64,000 nucleotides of DNA from Verrucomicrobiia bacterium. GTDB taxonomy: Bacteria; Verrucomicrobiota; Verrucomicrobiia; Limisphaerales; UBA11358. Within the stretch, counting starts at the first letter, position 1; each line of letters begins with the position of its first letter. Below the pieces are notes generated by a model. The model saw only the letters and a program-made list of their open reading frames with translations. It had not been told where the DNA came from and did not search any database. The translations under genes and the position numbers were made by a program. Of the stretch, positions 28,698 through 38,500 are shown piece after piece. The DNA lies in the NCBI GenBank assembly GCA_036269115.1, contig DATAST010000063.1, forward strand, positions 19,674 through 83,673, in the 5' to 3' direction.

Positions 28698-29636
28698 ATG
28701 AAAAGGATTATCGTCGCATTCCTTTGCATCGGGGCTGCTTATTGTCTCCAGGCATCGGATCCCGCGGCCCTTCAGCTTGCGTCGGCGGCGCAAGTGACGG
28801 GCAGTGGAGTCTTTCTTCAACAACTCGTTACTTCCGGCGAACCGTTGCCTAATGTCCGCCTTTGCGATGCGCCGGCGGTTGGCGCCACGGTCGAACTTTC
28901 TCGCGCGCAAATCAACGACCTTTTGGCTGCTGCCGCGCCGGCCTGGGTGACCACCAATTGGGCGGGCGCGGACACTGTTCGCGTTCTTCGCCGCAGCCGA
29001 ACCTTGAACGAGGCGGATATGCTTGCTCTTTTGACGGCCCGGCTTCAGCAGGACTTCGTCAAAGACCAGGGCGACCTGGAATTGAACCTTTCGGAACCGT
29101 GGAACCCGCCCGTCCTTCCGGACGAGCCCCTTACAGTAAAGATTCTGGAAGCGCCGGCGTCGGGCGTAGCCCCGTTGTTTATCGTGCGGTTTCAACTGTG
29201 TACCGCGACTGGAACCGTGGGTACCTGGGGAGTTTCGCTTCGTGCCCACATATGGCGTGATGTCTGGGTGGCGCACTCGGACCTGGTCCGGGGGGAATCG
29301 GCCGCCGACGCGGACATCGTCCGCGACCGCCGTGACGTCCTGAGTACCCATGCGCCATTGGCTGATTTTTCGCCGGGCGATACCACGCTCGAACTTGCGG
29401 GATCGGTTTCGGCGAACAACATTTTGCTCGCGCGCGACTTCAAACTTCGGGCGGTCATCCGTCGCGGGCAGGTGGCGGACGCGGTTGTGGCGGATGGCGC
29501 GCTCAATATAACCATGAAAGTCGAAGCGTTGGAAGACGGCGCTCCGGGACAGATGATTCACTTTCGTAATCCGACTTCACAACGCAGCCTCACCGGCAAA
29601 GTGCTGGACGAACACACCATTCAAGTCTCGTTATGA
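28698..29636 (+). CDS. flgA: P-ring assembly chaperone FlgA
   Basis: Signal peptide, SAF-like domain, and C-terminal VIRRGQV...ALEDGAPG...RN. Confidence 0.9.
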   Translation: MKRIIVAFLCIGAAYCLQASDPAALQLASAAQVTGSGVFLQQLVTSGEPLPNVRLCDAPAVGATVELSRAQINDLLAAAAPAWVTTNWAGADTVRVLRRSRTLNEADMLALLTARLQQDFVKDQGDLELNLSEPWNPPVLPDEPLTVKILEAPASGVAPLFIVRFQLCTATGTVGTWGVSLRAHIWRDVWVAHSDLVRGESAADADIVRDRRDVLSTHAPLADFSPGDTTLELAGSVSANNILLARDFKLRAVIRRGQVADAVVADGALNITMKVEALEDGAPGQMIHFRNPTSQRSLTGKVLDEHTIQVSL

Positions 29637-30265
29637 ATACAGAATCCATTGTTAAAAAATTAAGCGGCATCGTGGTTCTGGCGATTTTGCTGATTCCCGC
29701 AACCGGCCGATGCCAATCGGTGTGGTGCGATGGCACGTCGAAGTCCATCGTTGCCGATAAGCGAAGCGTGAACGTTGGCGATATTCTCACCATCGCCATT
29801 TCAGAATCCAGCACGGCGAATAAAAATAACGCAACCAGCACAGAGCGGAAATCCAGCCTCGCTGCGGCGATTTCGGCGTTTCTTTATCCGGCGGGCGCGA
29901 CCTCGCTTTTGACCAAGAGCGGCCAACTGCCGGCGATGGCGTACAACTCGGACCATATTCACAACGGCAGCGGGACCATCAGTGACTCAGAGACGATCGT
30001 AGCGCAGATTGCGGTTCGTATCATGGATGTCCTGCCCAATGGAAATCTCGTCGTCGAAGGCAAGCGCGAAACTTCCTTCAGCCAGGAGAACCAGACTATC
30101 GTATTGCGTGGTGTTATCCGCCCGGAAGACGTCCTGAGTGATAACACAGTGTTCAGCTACAACGTCGCCGACGCCACCATACAGATCATTGGCAAAGGAA
30201 CGGTCTCTGACAGCCAAAACAAGGGATGGTTCAACCGGATTTGGGACAAAATCAATCCATTCTAA
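29633..30265 (+). CDS. flgH: L-ring protein FlgH
   Basis: DKRSVNVGDILTI, VMDVLPNGNLVVEG and GVIRPEDV motifs. Confidence 0.93.
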   Translation: MNTESIVKKLSGIVVLAILLIPATGRCQSVWCDGTSKSIVADKRSVNVGDILTIAISESSTANKNNATSTERKSSLAAAISAFLYPAGATSLLTKSGQLPAMAYNSDHIHNGSGTISDSETIVAQIAVRIMDVLPNGNLVVEGKRETSFSQENQTIVLRGVIRPEDVLSDNTVFSYNVADATIQIIGKGTVSDSQNKGWFNRIWDKINPF

Positions 30266-31441
30266 ATGATTCGCCCACGATTGATTGAAAATTGTTTTGT
30301 TGAGACACGCATCCGTGCGGCGCTACGAAGTCGCTGCATGGTCGCGTTTGCAATTTTGCTCCTTACGTTGTTTTCGTTCCAAGCGCCTGCGGACGACGTC
30401 CGTGTCGGCGATATTGCCACGGTCGCCGGGGCTCGTGACAATCAATTGAACGGTTTTGGGCTGGTCGTCGGGTTGGCTGGCGATGGCGACAAAGATCCGA
30501 TTTATACCCAGAAGTCCATCGCGAATATGCTCCAGCGTTATGGCATCAACGTCCAATCGCTCGTCACACAAATATCCGCGAAAAATGTCGCCGTCGTTAT
30601 AGTGACCGCCGATATTCCAGCGTTCGCCAAGCCCGGCGCGCGGATTGACGTTCAAGTGTCCTCCATGGGCGATGCCAAGTCGCTTCAGGGGGGCGTGTTA
30701 CTGCAAACGCCATTAATGGGCGCGGACAACAAGGTCTATGCCGTGGCACAGGGGCCGATTGCGGTCGGCGGGTTTACCGTCGGGAACGGAGGCGGTGGTG
30801 GCGCGTCAGTGACCAAAAATTTTCCGACCGTGGGCCAGATCATTGGTGGCGCGATTGTTGAAAAGGAAATTCCGACGACGATCGTGTGCAATAATAATGT
30901 CGAACTTCTGTTACGGAACCCCAGCTTCATTTCCGCTGCGCTCATGGCAGATGCGATCAATAATGTCTTCGCCAATTCTGCCCAGGCATTGGACGCGACC
31001 TCAGTCCGGGTTCACATGCCGGAAGGCACGCAAAACGACCTGGTGAGCTTTATTGCGCGCCTCGACGACGTTGAAATGACTCCGGATGTGCCCGCGCGCG
31101 TCATAATCAATGAACGGACAGGCACGATTGTGGCGACCTCCAATATTCATATTTCAAGCTGCGCCGTGGCCTGCGGCAACATCACCATTAGTATTAGTTC
31201 GACGCCAAGTGTTTCGCAGCCGGCTCCGTTCAGCCGGACTGGAAGCACCGTTTTGACGTCGCAAACGACCACCCAGGTAACGGAAAACAAAACATCCATG
31301 GTCGCGCTCCCGGAACTGCCGACGGTGGAGCAGGTGGCCACTGCCCTCAATTCACTCGGCGTCACGCCGCGCGATATGATGGCAATATTTCAGGCGATGA
31401 AACAGGCCGGGGCATTGCAGGCCGAATTGGACATCCGTTAA
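30266..31441 (+). CDS. flgI: P-ring protein FlgI
   Basis: RDNQLNGFGLVVGLAGDGD, KNVAVVIVTA, SLQGGVLLQTPL and VIINERTGTIV motifs; start uncertain. Confidence 0.97.
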   Translation: MIRPRLIENCFVETRIRAALRSRCMVAFAILLLTLFSFQAPADDVRVGDIATVAGARDNQLNGFGLVVGLAGDGDKDPIYTQKSIANMLQRYGINVQSLVTQISAKNVAVVIVTADIPAFAKPGARIDVQVSSMGDAKSLQGGVLLQTPLMGADNKVYAVAQGPIAVGGFTVGNGGGGGASVTKNFPTVGQIIGGAIVEKEIPTTIVCNNNVELLLRNPSFISAALMADAINNVFANSAQALDATSVRVHMPEGTQNDLVSFIARLDDVEMTPDVPARVIINERTGTIVATSNIHISSCAVACGNITISISSTPSVSQPAPFSRTGSTVLTSQTTTQVTENKTSMVALPELPTVEQVATALNSLGVTPRDMMAIFQAMKQAGALQAELDIR

Positions 31442-31443
31442 TT

Positions 31444-31836
31444 ATGAATCTCCTGCCCATTCAACCTCCTGTTACTGACGCAAATGTTCCGGTTGAAGAC
31501 CTGGCTGGGAATAAGCACCTGACTAAGCAGCAGAAAATTCACGAAGCCAGCCAGCAGTTTGAGGCCATCCTGTTGCAGCAAATTCTTTCCGAAATGCAAA
31601 AACCGCTGGCAACGGATTCCACGGATGATTCCACGGCCGCGGGCATTTACCAGGACACCGCCTCCAATGCGCTGGCGCAAAGTATTTCAAAAGCCGGTGG
31701 CTTCGGATTTGCCAAAATATTTGAAGAACAGCTGACTCCGCATGATGCCACGCGTCACCAGACGGCATCCGCGGCTCATTCTGAAAATCAAACTGGAAAG
31801 ATCGTTGGAACGCATTCCGCTAAAGTTCATGAATGA
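31444..31836 (+). CDS. flgJ: FlgJ, rod-binding domain only (no muramidase)
   Basis: EASQQFEAILLQQILSEM and GFGFAKIFEEQL motifs; 130 aa. Confidence 0.88.
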   Translation: MNLLPIQPPVTDANVPVEDLAGNKHLTKQQKIHEASQQFEAILLQQILSEMQKPLATDSTDDSTAAGIYQDTASNALAQSISKAGGFGFAKIFEEQLTPHDATRHQTASAAHSENQTGKIVGTHSAKVHE

Positions 31837-32326
31837 TTTGTTACACAACCTGATCGAAGCCTTGCGTGAAGAGTTGAAGCAATATGGCGAAATGCTTGCC
31901 GTGCTGGAGCAACAGCAGCAGGCCGTGATGCAACGCCAGACCGGCGACGTTTTGCAAAACGTCGCCGAGGTGAACGCGCAATCCAATGTCATCGCGGCGG
32001 TCCGCCATGAACGCGAACAGCATCGTCGCAACGTTGCCCGAATGCTGGACCTGGACGATAACGCCGGTTTTGCGGTGATCATCCCGCAGTTGCCTGCTGA
32101 CTATCGCCCGCTGGTCCAGGCATTGGTCAGCGAAAACAATGCTTTGTTGGTTCGCATTCAACAGCGCGCCCGGCAGAACCATTTGCTGTTGAGCCATGCG
32201 GTCGAAATGTTGCAGCAGCTGATGAATGCCGTTTTTCCCGGCGGCGCGCCCAGGACCTATGACAGCGCGGGCCGTCTCCCGCAGAATCTGCCGCCGCGAC
32301 AATCCATTTACGAACAGGTGTGCTAG
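31829..32326 (+). CDS. flgN: Export chaperone FlgN
   Basis: Helical protein with the ENNALL motif, located between flgJ and flgK; start at MNDLL. Confidence 0.85.
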   Translation: MNDLLHNLIEALREELKQYGEMLAVLEQQQQAVMQRQTGDVLQNVAEVNAQSNVIAAVRHEREQHRRNVARMLDLDDNAGFAVIIPQLPADYRPLVQALVSENNALLVRIQQRARQNHLLLSHAVEMLQQLMNAVFPGGAPRTYDSAGRLPQNLPPRQSIYEQVC

Positions 32327-32349
32327 CGTTGCGATAGAAAACTAAAATT

Positions 32350-33771
32350 ATGTTAGGTCTATTTGGCACATTAAATTTGGCCGGGCAATCCATGGAAACC
32401 CAGATGACGGGCGTGTCCGTGACCGGGCAAAATCTGGCCAACGTCAACACCCCGGGCTATACGCGACAAACCGTCGATATCCAAACCAGCCCGGATATTA
32501 CGACCGGCATTGGGCCGCAGGGAACCGGCGCCGAGGCGGTCTCCATTCAACAGGCGGTTGACGCGTTGCTGAACGGCCAAATTCAGGGCCAGCAAAGCGT
32601 CAACGGCTATTGGAATGCGCAGCAAACCGGGTTGCAGACGGTTCAGGATCAGCTGAATGAATTTCTCAGCAGCACGGGCAATTCGTCCTCAACGACGGGC
32701 AGTACCAATAGTTCAGGCATTTCCACGCTGCTCAGTAATTTCTTCAACGATTTTCAAAGCGTAGCGACTTCCCCCACGTCCATCGCCGCGCGCCAGACAC
32801 TTATCAGCGACGCCCGGACACTGGCGTCGGCGTTTAACCAAACCAGTGCGGGCCTGGCCCAGCAGAACGCGCTGCTGAATACTTCGTTGGGCAATGATGT
32901 CGATTCGGCCAACCAGCTGTTGTCCGGGATTGCCAGTTTGAATCAGCAAATTTCCGCGGCCGAATTCGGCGGCGGCAACGCGAACGATTTGTTGGATGAA
33001 CAGCGGCAGGACCTGAATAACCTGGCGCAGCTTGCCGATGTCACGACCACTACCGGGACAAACGGCGCCGTAAACGTGAGCATAGACGGGCAGGCTCTCG
33101 TTTCCGGCAGCCAGGTGTTGGACACGCTTCAGACATACGATCCGGGCAGTGGCAATCTGCTCGTTCAAACGGCCACTGGCGGCGTGTCTTTGACGTTAAC
33201 CGGTGGTTCCATGCAAGGCACTATTGACGCGCGTGATGGCGCTTTGGCCAGCCTTCAAAACAGCGTTAATACATTTGCTTCGTCGCTCATCACTCAGGTC
33301 AACTCCATTTACAGCGGAGGCTATGATCTGACGGGCGCAACCGGCGCGAATTTCTTTACCGGTTCCGACGCCGGGAGCATCGCCGTGAACACGGCCCTGA
33401 TTAACGATCCTTCCTCATTTCAAGCCTCGGGATCGGCAACGTCGAGCGGCGATAATACCGTAGCGTTGGAACTCGCGGAATTGGCGGATTCGCCCCAATC
33501 GAATTTGCAGAATGAAACGTTCGGCGATTCATTTGACCAAACGGTCGGAGATTTTGGACATGCTTTACAAACCGCAAACAACCAGGTCAGCAACCAAACT
33601 GCCGTGATGAATATGCTGACCAACCAACAGGCCTCCGTCAGTGGCGTCAGCCTTGACCAGGAAATGACCAATCTGTTGAGCTTCCAGCAGGCGTACGAGG
33701 CTTCCGCTGAACTGGTGACCACCATCAACCAAATGATGGGGGACACCCTGTCAATGAAATCCGGCGCTTGA
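32350..33771 (+). CDS. flgK: Hook-associated protein FlgK
   Basis: GQNLANVNTPGYTRQ and SGVSLDQEMTNLLSFQQAYEASA motifs. Confidence 0.97.
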   Translation: MLGLFGTLNLAGQSMETQMTGVSVTGQNLANVNTPGYTRQTVDIQTSPDITTGIGPQGTGAEAVSIQQAVDALLNGQIQGQQSVNGYWNAQQTGLQTVQDQLNEFLSSTGNSSSTTGSTNSSGISTLLSNFFNDFQSVATSPTSIAARQTLISDARTLASAFNQTSAGLAQQNALLNTSLGNDVDSANQLLSGIASLNQQISAAEFGGGNANDLLDEQRQDLNNLAQLADVTTTTGTNGAVNVSIDGQALVSGSQVLDTLQTYDPGSGNLLVQTATGGVSLTLTGGSMQGTIDARDGALASLQNSVNTFASSLITQVNSIYSGGYDLTGATGANFFTGSDAGSIAVNTALINDPSSFQASGSATSSGDNTVALELAELADSPQSNLQNETFGDSFDQTVGDFGHALQTANNQVSNQTAVMNMLTNQQASVSGVSLDQEMTNLLSFQQAYEASAELVTTINQMMGDTLSMKSGA

Positions 33772-33779
33772 ATTAATTT

Positions 33780-34724
33780 ATGCGCGTAGCCACTGATTCC
33801 TACGTCAACACAATGATCGGCCAGGCGAATGCGCTGGCGGCTCAGTTGAGTAATTTGGAAAACGAGGTGACAACGGGGCTGAGCGTCCAGGCGCCGTCGG
33901 ACAATCCCGGCGCGATGGTCACGACGCTGAATGATCTGGCAAGCCAGTCGGCCGAGCAGCAATACAGCGGCAACGTCACGACGCTCCAGTCGCAGGCCAA
34001 TTCGATTTATAGCGTTTTGCAGTCGCTCCAAACCATTACCAGCCAGGCGCAGTCAATCGCCACTGAAGCGGGCAGCGGAACAACTTCTCAAACGACCTTA
34101 AATGATTATGCCAGCCAGGTCACGGCGTTGATTCAACAGGCGGTGCAATTAGTTAACAGCAAGGATCCGGAAACTGGCCAATATCTTTTCGGCGGCACGA
34201 ATTCCGGGCAACAGCCGTTCACCGTCGCCACGGATGCCAATGGAAACGTTACGGGTGTGACCTACCAGGGAAGTTCGACGGTGAACCAGACGGAAATTGG
34301 CTCGGGCATTACCGTATCGGTGGGTGTTCCCGGCGAGAACACTTCCGGCAGCGGTCCCAACGGTTTGATAACCGATAGCCGCACAGGGGCCGACTTGTTT
34401 AACCATCTCATCGCATTGCAAAATGACTTGTCGTCAGGCAACACGTCCGCCATTACCAGTACAGACACTCAGAACTTGCAGACTGACGAAGACAACATGA
34501 CCTATCAGGTCGCAAACAACGGCAATGTCCAAACCCGGTTGAATATGGCCTCTTCTTTTGCCTCCAGCCGGGCCACTTCACTGGACAAGGGAATTTCCAA
34601 TACGTCCGGCGCTGACGTGATCCAGACGATGGTTCAAATGAACGAGACACAAACGGCATATGAAGCAGCACTGGAAAGCACATCCAGGGTCATGCAGATT
34701 TCGCTCGTAAATTTCCTGGGATAG
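33780..34724 (+). CDS. flgL: Hook-associated protein FlgL
   Basis: MRVAT start, PSDNP, YLFGGT and AYEAALES...SLVNFL motifs. Confidence 0.96.
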   Translation: MRVATDSYVNTMIGQANALAAQLSNLENEVTTGLSVQAPSDNPGAMVTTLNDLASQSAEQQYSGNVTTLQSQANSIYSVLQSLQTITSQAQSIATEAGSGTTSQTTLNDYASQVTALIQQAVQLVNSKDPETGQYLFGGTNSGQQPFTVATDANGNVTGVTYQGSSTVNQTEIGSGITVSVGVPGENTSGSGPNGLITDSRTGADLFNHLIALQNDLSSGNTSAITSTDTQNLQTDEDNMTYQVANNGNVQTRLNMASSFASSRATSLDKGISNTSGADVIQTMVQMNETQTAYEAALESTSRVMQISLVNFLG

Positions 34725-34739
34725 AAAGCAGTTTTTAAA

Positions 34740-35180
34740 ATGAAATGGGACAATTCAACTGAAACGGAAGCAGCACCCGCGTCCGCGGGCAACCAAATCC
34801 GGCTGCCTGCGGGCATCCTGGGATTTGAGCACATCAAAGAGTACGTGCTGCTCGCGAACCCGGCGGAGATGCCATTTGCCTGGTTGCGCCCCGCCGAAAG
34901 CGCGCCACTTGCGTTTGTCGTCATTAATCCGTTCTATGCTATGCCGGATTATGCGCCGGATGTCCCGGATGCGGACGTAGAATTTCTTGGCCTCAAAGAG
35001 CCTGCGGACGCTCTTCTCTTCAGCATCGTCACGTTGCAAGGTTCAAACCGGGCCTCGCTCAATTTGAAAGGGCCCATCGTCGTCAATCGTCATACGCACA
35101 TCGGCAAACAGGTGATTATCGCGAACGCCTCGAATTATTCCGTGGAACATCCTTTGCCAGTGGCCGCCGCCACGGTGTAA
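34740..35180 (+). CDS. fliW: Flagellar assembly factor FliW
   Basis: GILGFEH, AFVVINPF and NLKGPIVVN motifs. Confidence 0.95.
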   Translation: MKWDNSTETEAAPASAGNQIRLPAGILGFEHIKEYVLLANPAEMPFAWLRPAESAPLAFVVINPFYAMPDYAPDVPDADVEFLGLKEPADALLFSIVTLQGSNRASLNLKGPIVVNRHTHIGKQVIIANASNYSVEHPLPVAAATV

Positions 35181-35191
35181 CATGCGATTCC

Positions 35192-35416
35192 ATGCTGATC
35201 CTTTCCAGAAAATCAGGCGAAAGTATCGTGATCGCCGGGAATATCCGCGTCAAAGTTGTGCGCGTCGAAGGCGAGACCGTCAAGATTGGCATCGAGGCGC
35301 CGTCTTCCGTTCCTGTTCATCGGCAGGAAGTTTACGACGAAATTCAGCGCAGCAACCAGCAGGCCGCGACGCCGCCCAGTACGCCGTTGCCGAAATTGAC
35401 ACCGCCAAAAAAATAG
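35192..35416 (+). CDS. csrA: Carbon storage regulator CsrA
   Basis: MLILSRKSGESIVI...VKIGIEAP..VPVHRQE. Confidence 0.98.
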   Translation: MLILSRKSGESIVIAGNIRVKVVRVEGETVKIGIEAPSSVPVHRQEVYDEIQRSNQQAATPPSTPLPKLTPPKK

Positions 35417-35540
35417 GCGGCTGCATCGGCGGCCCTTCGGTTCATAATTATTTCGTTATTGCTCGCCGCAAGGAAATCCGGCCGATTTACAGGTTCATCC
35501 TTGCGATGGATCCCACCATCATCCAAAACCGCGCTTCCAA

Positions 35541-38500
35541 ATGACTATGTCCATGAAAAAGAACGGTTCCACCTCGTTGGAATCCCCGGCCAGGACAAAT
35601 ACCAATGCGGGGACGACGGCTTCTAAACCGACGCTGCCAGCCGGTTCCTTGGAAAGACAAGATCAGCCAAACAAACCCGCCACCGCGGACTCTTTGGTTT
35701 CGGTCATTATCCCATGCTACAATCAGGCGCACTTTTTGACCGAGGCTGTCGAGAGCGTCATCCATCAAACATTTACTCACTGGGAAATTATTGTCGTCAA
35801 TGACGGCAGTCCGGATAATACCAAAGATGTATTCGAAAGCCTCGCGCGTCGTTGGCCCGGACGCACCTTGCGTTATCTGGAAAAACAAAATGGAGGTCTG
35901 GCCGATGCGCGTAACGCGGGTATCGCTATTGCCCGCGGTAAATACATTCTGCCGCTGGATGCAGATGACAAGGTGCATCCCGAGATGCTCTCAAAGACGG
36001 TGTCGTTGCTGGAAGCGACCCCGGATATCGCCATTGCCTACACGGACCTAATCCATTTCGGGGCCCGGAACGGTTTGGTGCAAGCGGCTGAATATGACTT
36101 CGCCGAAATCTGTAAGAATAACCGCCTTAACTATTGTTCGCTTTATCGCCGTGAAGCCTGGGAGACTGTGGGCGGTTATCAAACCGATATGCTTTGGCAG
36201 GGCTACGAGGACTGGAATTTCTGGATCGGCTGTGGGGAGCGTGGTTTTAAGGCAAAACGGATTCCTTTGCCTCTTTTGTTTTACCGCATTAAAGACAGCA
36301 GCATGTACACTGTCGCCTTGCAGCATGACCGGGAACTCCGCGCCGAGATTATCCTGAATCATCCGGGCCTTTATTCCCCCGAAACGGTTGCTGCGGCAAA
36401 GGCGCTTATTGATGAGGCCGGATTGACGCCGCGACTCAAGGCGGCGCAGCGTCCAAAACCCGCAATGCCACCGATCAAGAATGCCAGGCCGGAGGGCGGA
36501 GTCGCCGTTTCAAACCGATGGACCGTTTTTCCCGAGTCGCGATTGGCCCATCAGTTTTTGGACGGATTGGAAGGTCTCGAAATTGGAGGCAGCAGTCATA
36601 ATCCGTTTGGCCTGAAAACCAAAAACGTGGATTACACCGCAGACCTGATGACCGTCCATAAGGAGGAGGAAGTCAAAATGTGCGGTCGCGCCCTGAGCGT
36701 CGATATTGTAGCGCCCGGCGATGCGTTGCCTGTGGCAGATGGATCGCAGGATTTTGTCATTTCCTCGCATGTCATCGAACATTTTTTCGATCCGATAAAG
36801 GCAATCAAAGAATGGCTGCGCGTGGTCCGCCCGGGCGGCTTTATTTTTATCATCGCGCCCCATAAGGAACGCACGTTCGACAAAACCCGCACGCGAACGC
36901 CGTTGGCTGAACTACTCGACCGTCATTCCGGGAAAATCCCTCCGCCGGCTGTTGATACGCATCATCACTACACCATTTGGACTACCGAGGACTTGATCGA
37001 GTTATGCCGTCATTTGGAATGGAATGTAGTCGCTTGCCAGGACGTGGACGATAAAGTGGGAAATGGATTTACCGTGGTCATTCAAAACCCGCCGCGCGTG
37101 GTCTCTCCGAATGAAAATCAAGCCGATGCTGTGGCTATGAAATCAAAATCAGCGCAGCCGGACGCCCCGCTGGTCTCGGTCATCGTGCCCACGTTTAACC
37201 GCCCTGAACTGTTGGTCAAGGCGTTACGCAGTATTTTAAATCAGACATTCAGAAATTTCGAAATCATCGTGGTAAACGATTGCGGTTGCGACGTGGAACC
37301 CACGGTGGCGCAATTGGGTAATCAACCTATCATTTGCCTGCGGCATGAAACCAATCGGGGCCTCCCGGCCTCCCGTAACACTGGCCTGCGTGCCGCCCAC
37401 GGCAAGTATGTCGCCTACCTTGACGATGACGATCTGTACTATCCGGAACATCTGCAAACTCTGTTGAGTTATCTTGAATCGCATCCGGGAACGGTTGCCT
37501 ACACAGACGCCAATTGTACCCACCAGGAAAAAGTGAACGGCCAATGGACGACCGTCCGGCGGGACGTGCCTTATTCTTACGACTGGGACAATGACCGGAT
37601 TCTGGTTGAGAATTTCGTTCCCAGCTTATGTTTCATGCATGAAAAAGCGTTTCTGGAAAAATCCGGATATTTTGATGAAACGCTCCGCCGGCATGAAGAT
37701 TGGGATCTTTGGATCCGGCTGTCCCGGCACTTTTCGTTCGCGCACCTTCCGCGGGTGACGTGTGAATTTCTTCGGCGCAATGACGCATCGTCGATGACGA
37801 TGCAAAATCTTGCGCCCTTCGTGGAAACGATGAAGCGCGTTCACGCGAAGTGCGCCGCGTACACATCCGGCCGGCCGGATATCGAGGAATGTCAGAAGGC
37901 CAGGCTGGAAGACCTTGAGGAGTTGGCGCGCAGCCAGTCCAATCCGGCTAAATTCGCCGTCGGCGTTCTGACCATCGATCCGAAAGACACGGCGTGCGCT
38001 TACCTGAGGCTTACCGCGCCCCTCGGCCGCCTGCAGGATTGTCATGAAATCGTGAACTTATCGGTTTGTGATTTGAACAACGGAAAGCTAAAAATTGAAC
38101 CGCGTCTCCTGGGCATGGCCCGTGTCCTGGTAGTGCAGCGCGGCATGGCGGCTTGCTTGCCCTGGCAAACCTTGCGAAAGGCGATAACGAACGCAGCGGT
38201 AAGAATTATTTTTGAGCTCGATGACGCGCTCACCCTGATTCCGCGTGACCACCAGGGCTACCAATATTTCAAATCCATCCGACCTCGTGTCGAAGACTAT
38301 TTGGAAAATGCGGATATGGTGACGGTCTCGACGCCGAAACTGAAACAGCTTTATTCATACTTCAACGAAAACATTGAGGTGCTGCCCAATACCGTGGACG
38401 CCGGGGTCTGGCTCTCGCCGGAACGAAAACGTCCGGCAACCGAAAAAGTCTCCATTCTTTTCAGCGGCACTATCACGCATGAACATGATTTGGCGCTGAT

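Noticed and set aside
7028-35978. Many 60-330 aa ORFs overlapping flagellar genes on the opposite strand or in other frames
   Set aside because: Shadows of well-supported genes in GC-rich coding DNA.
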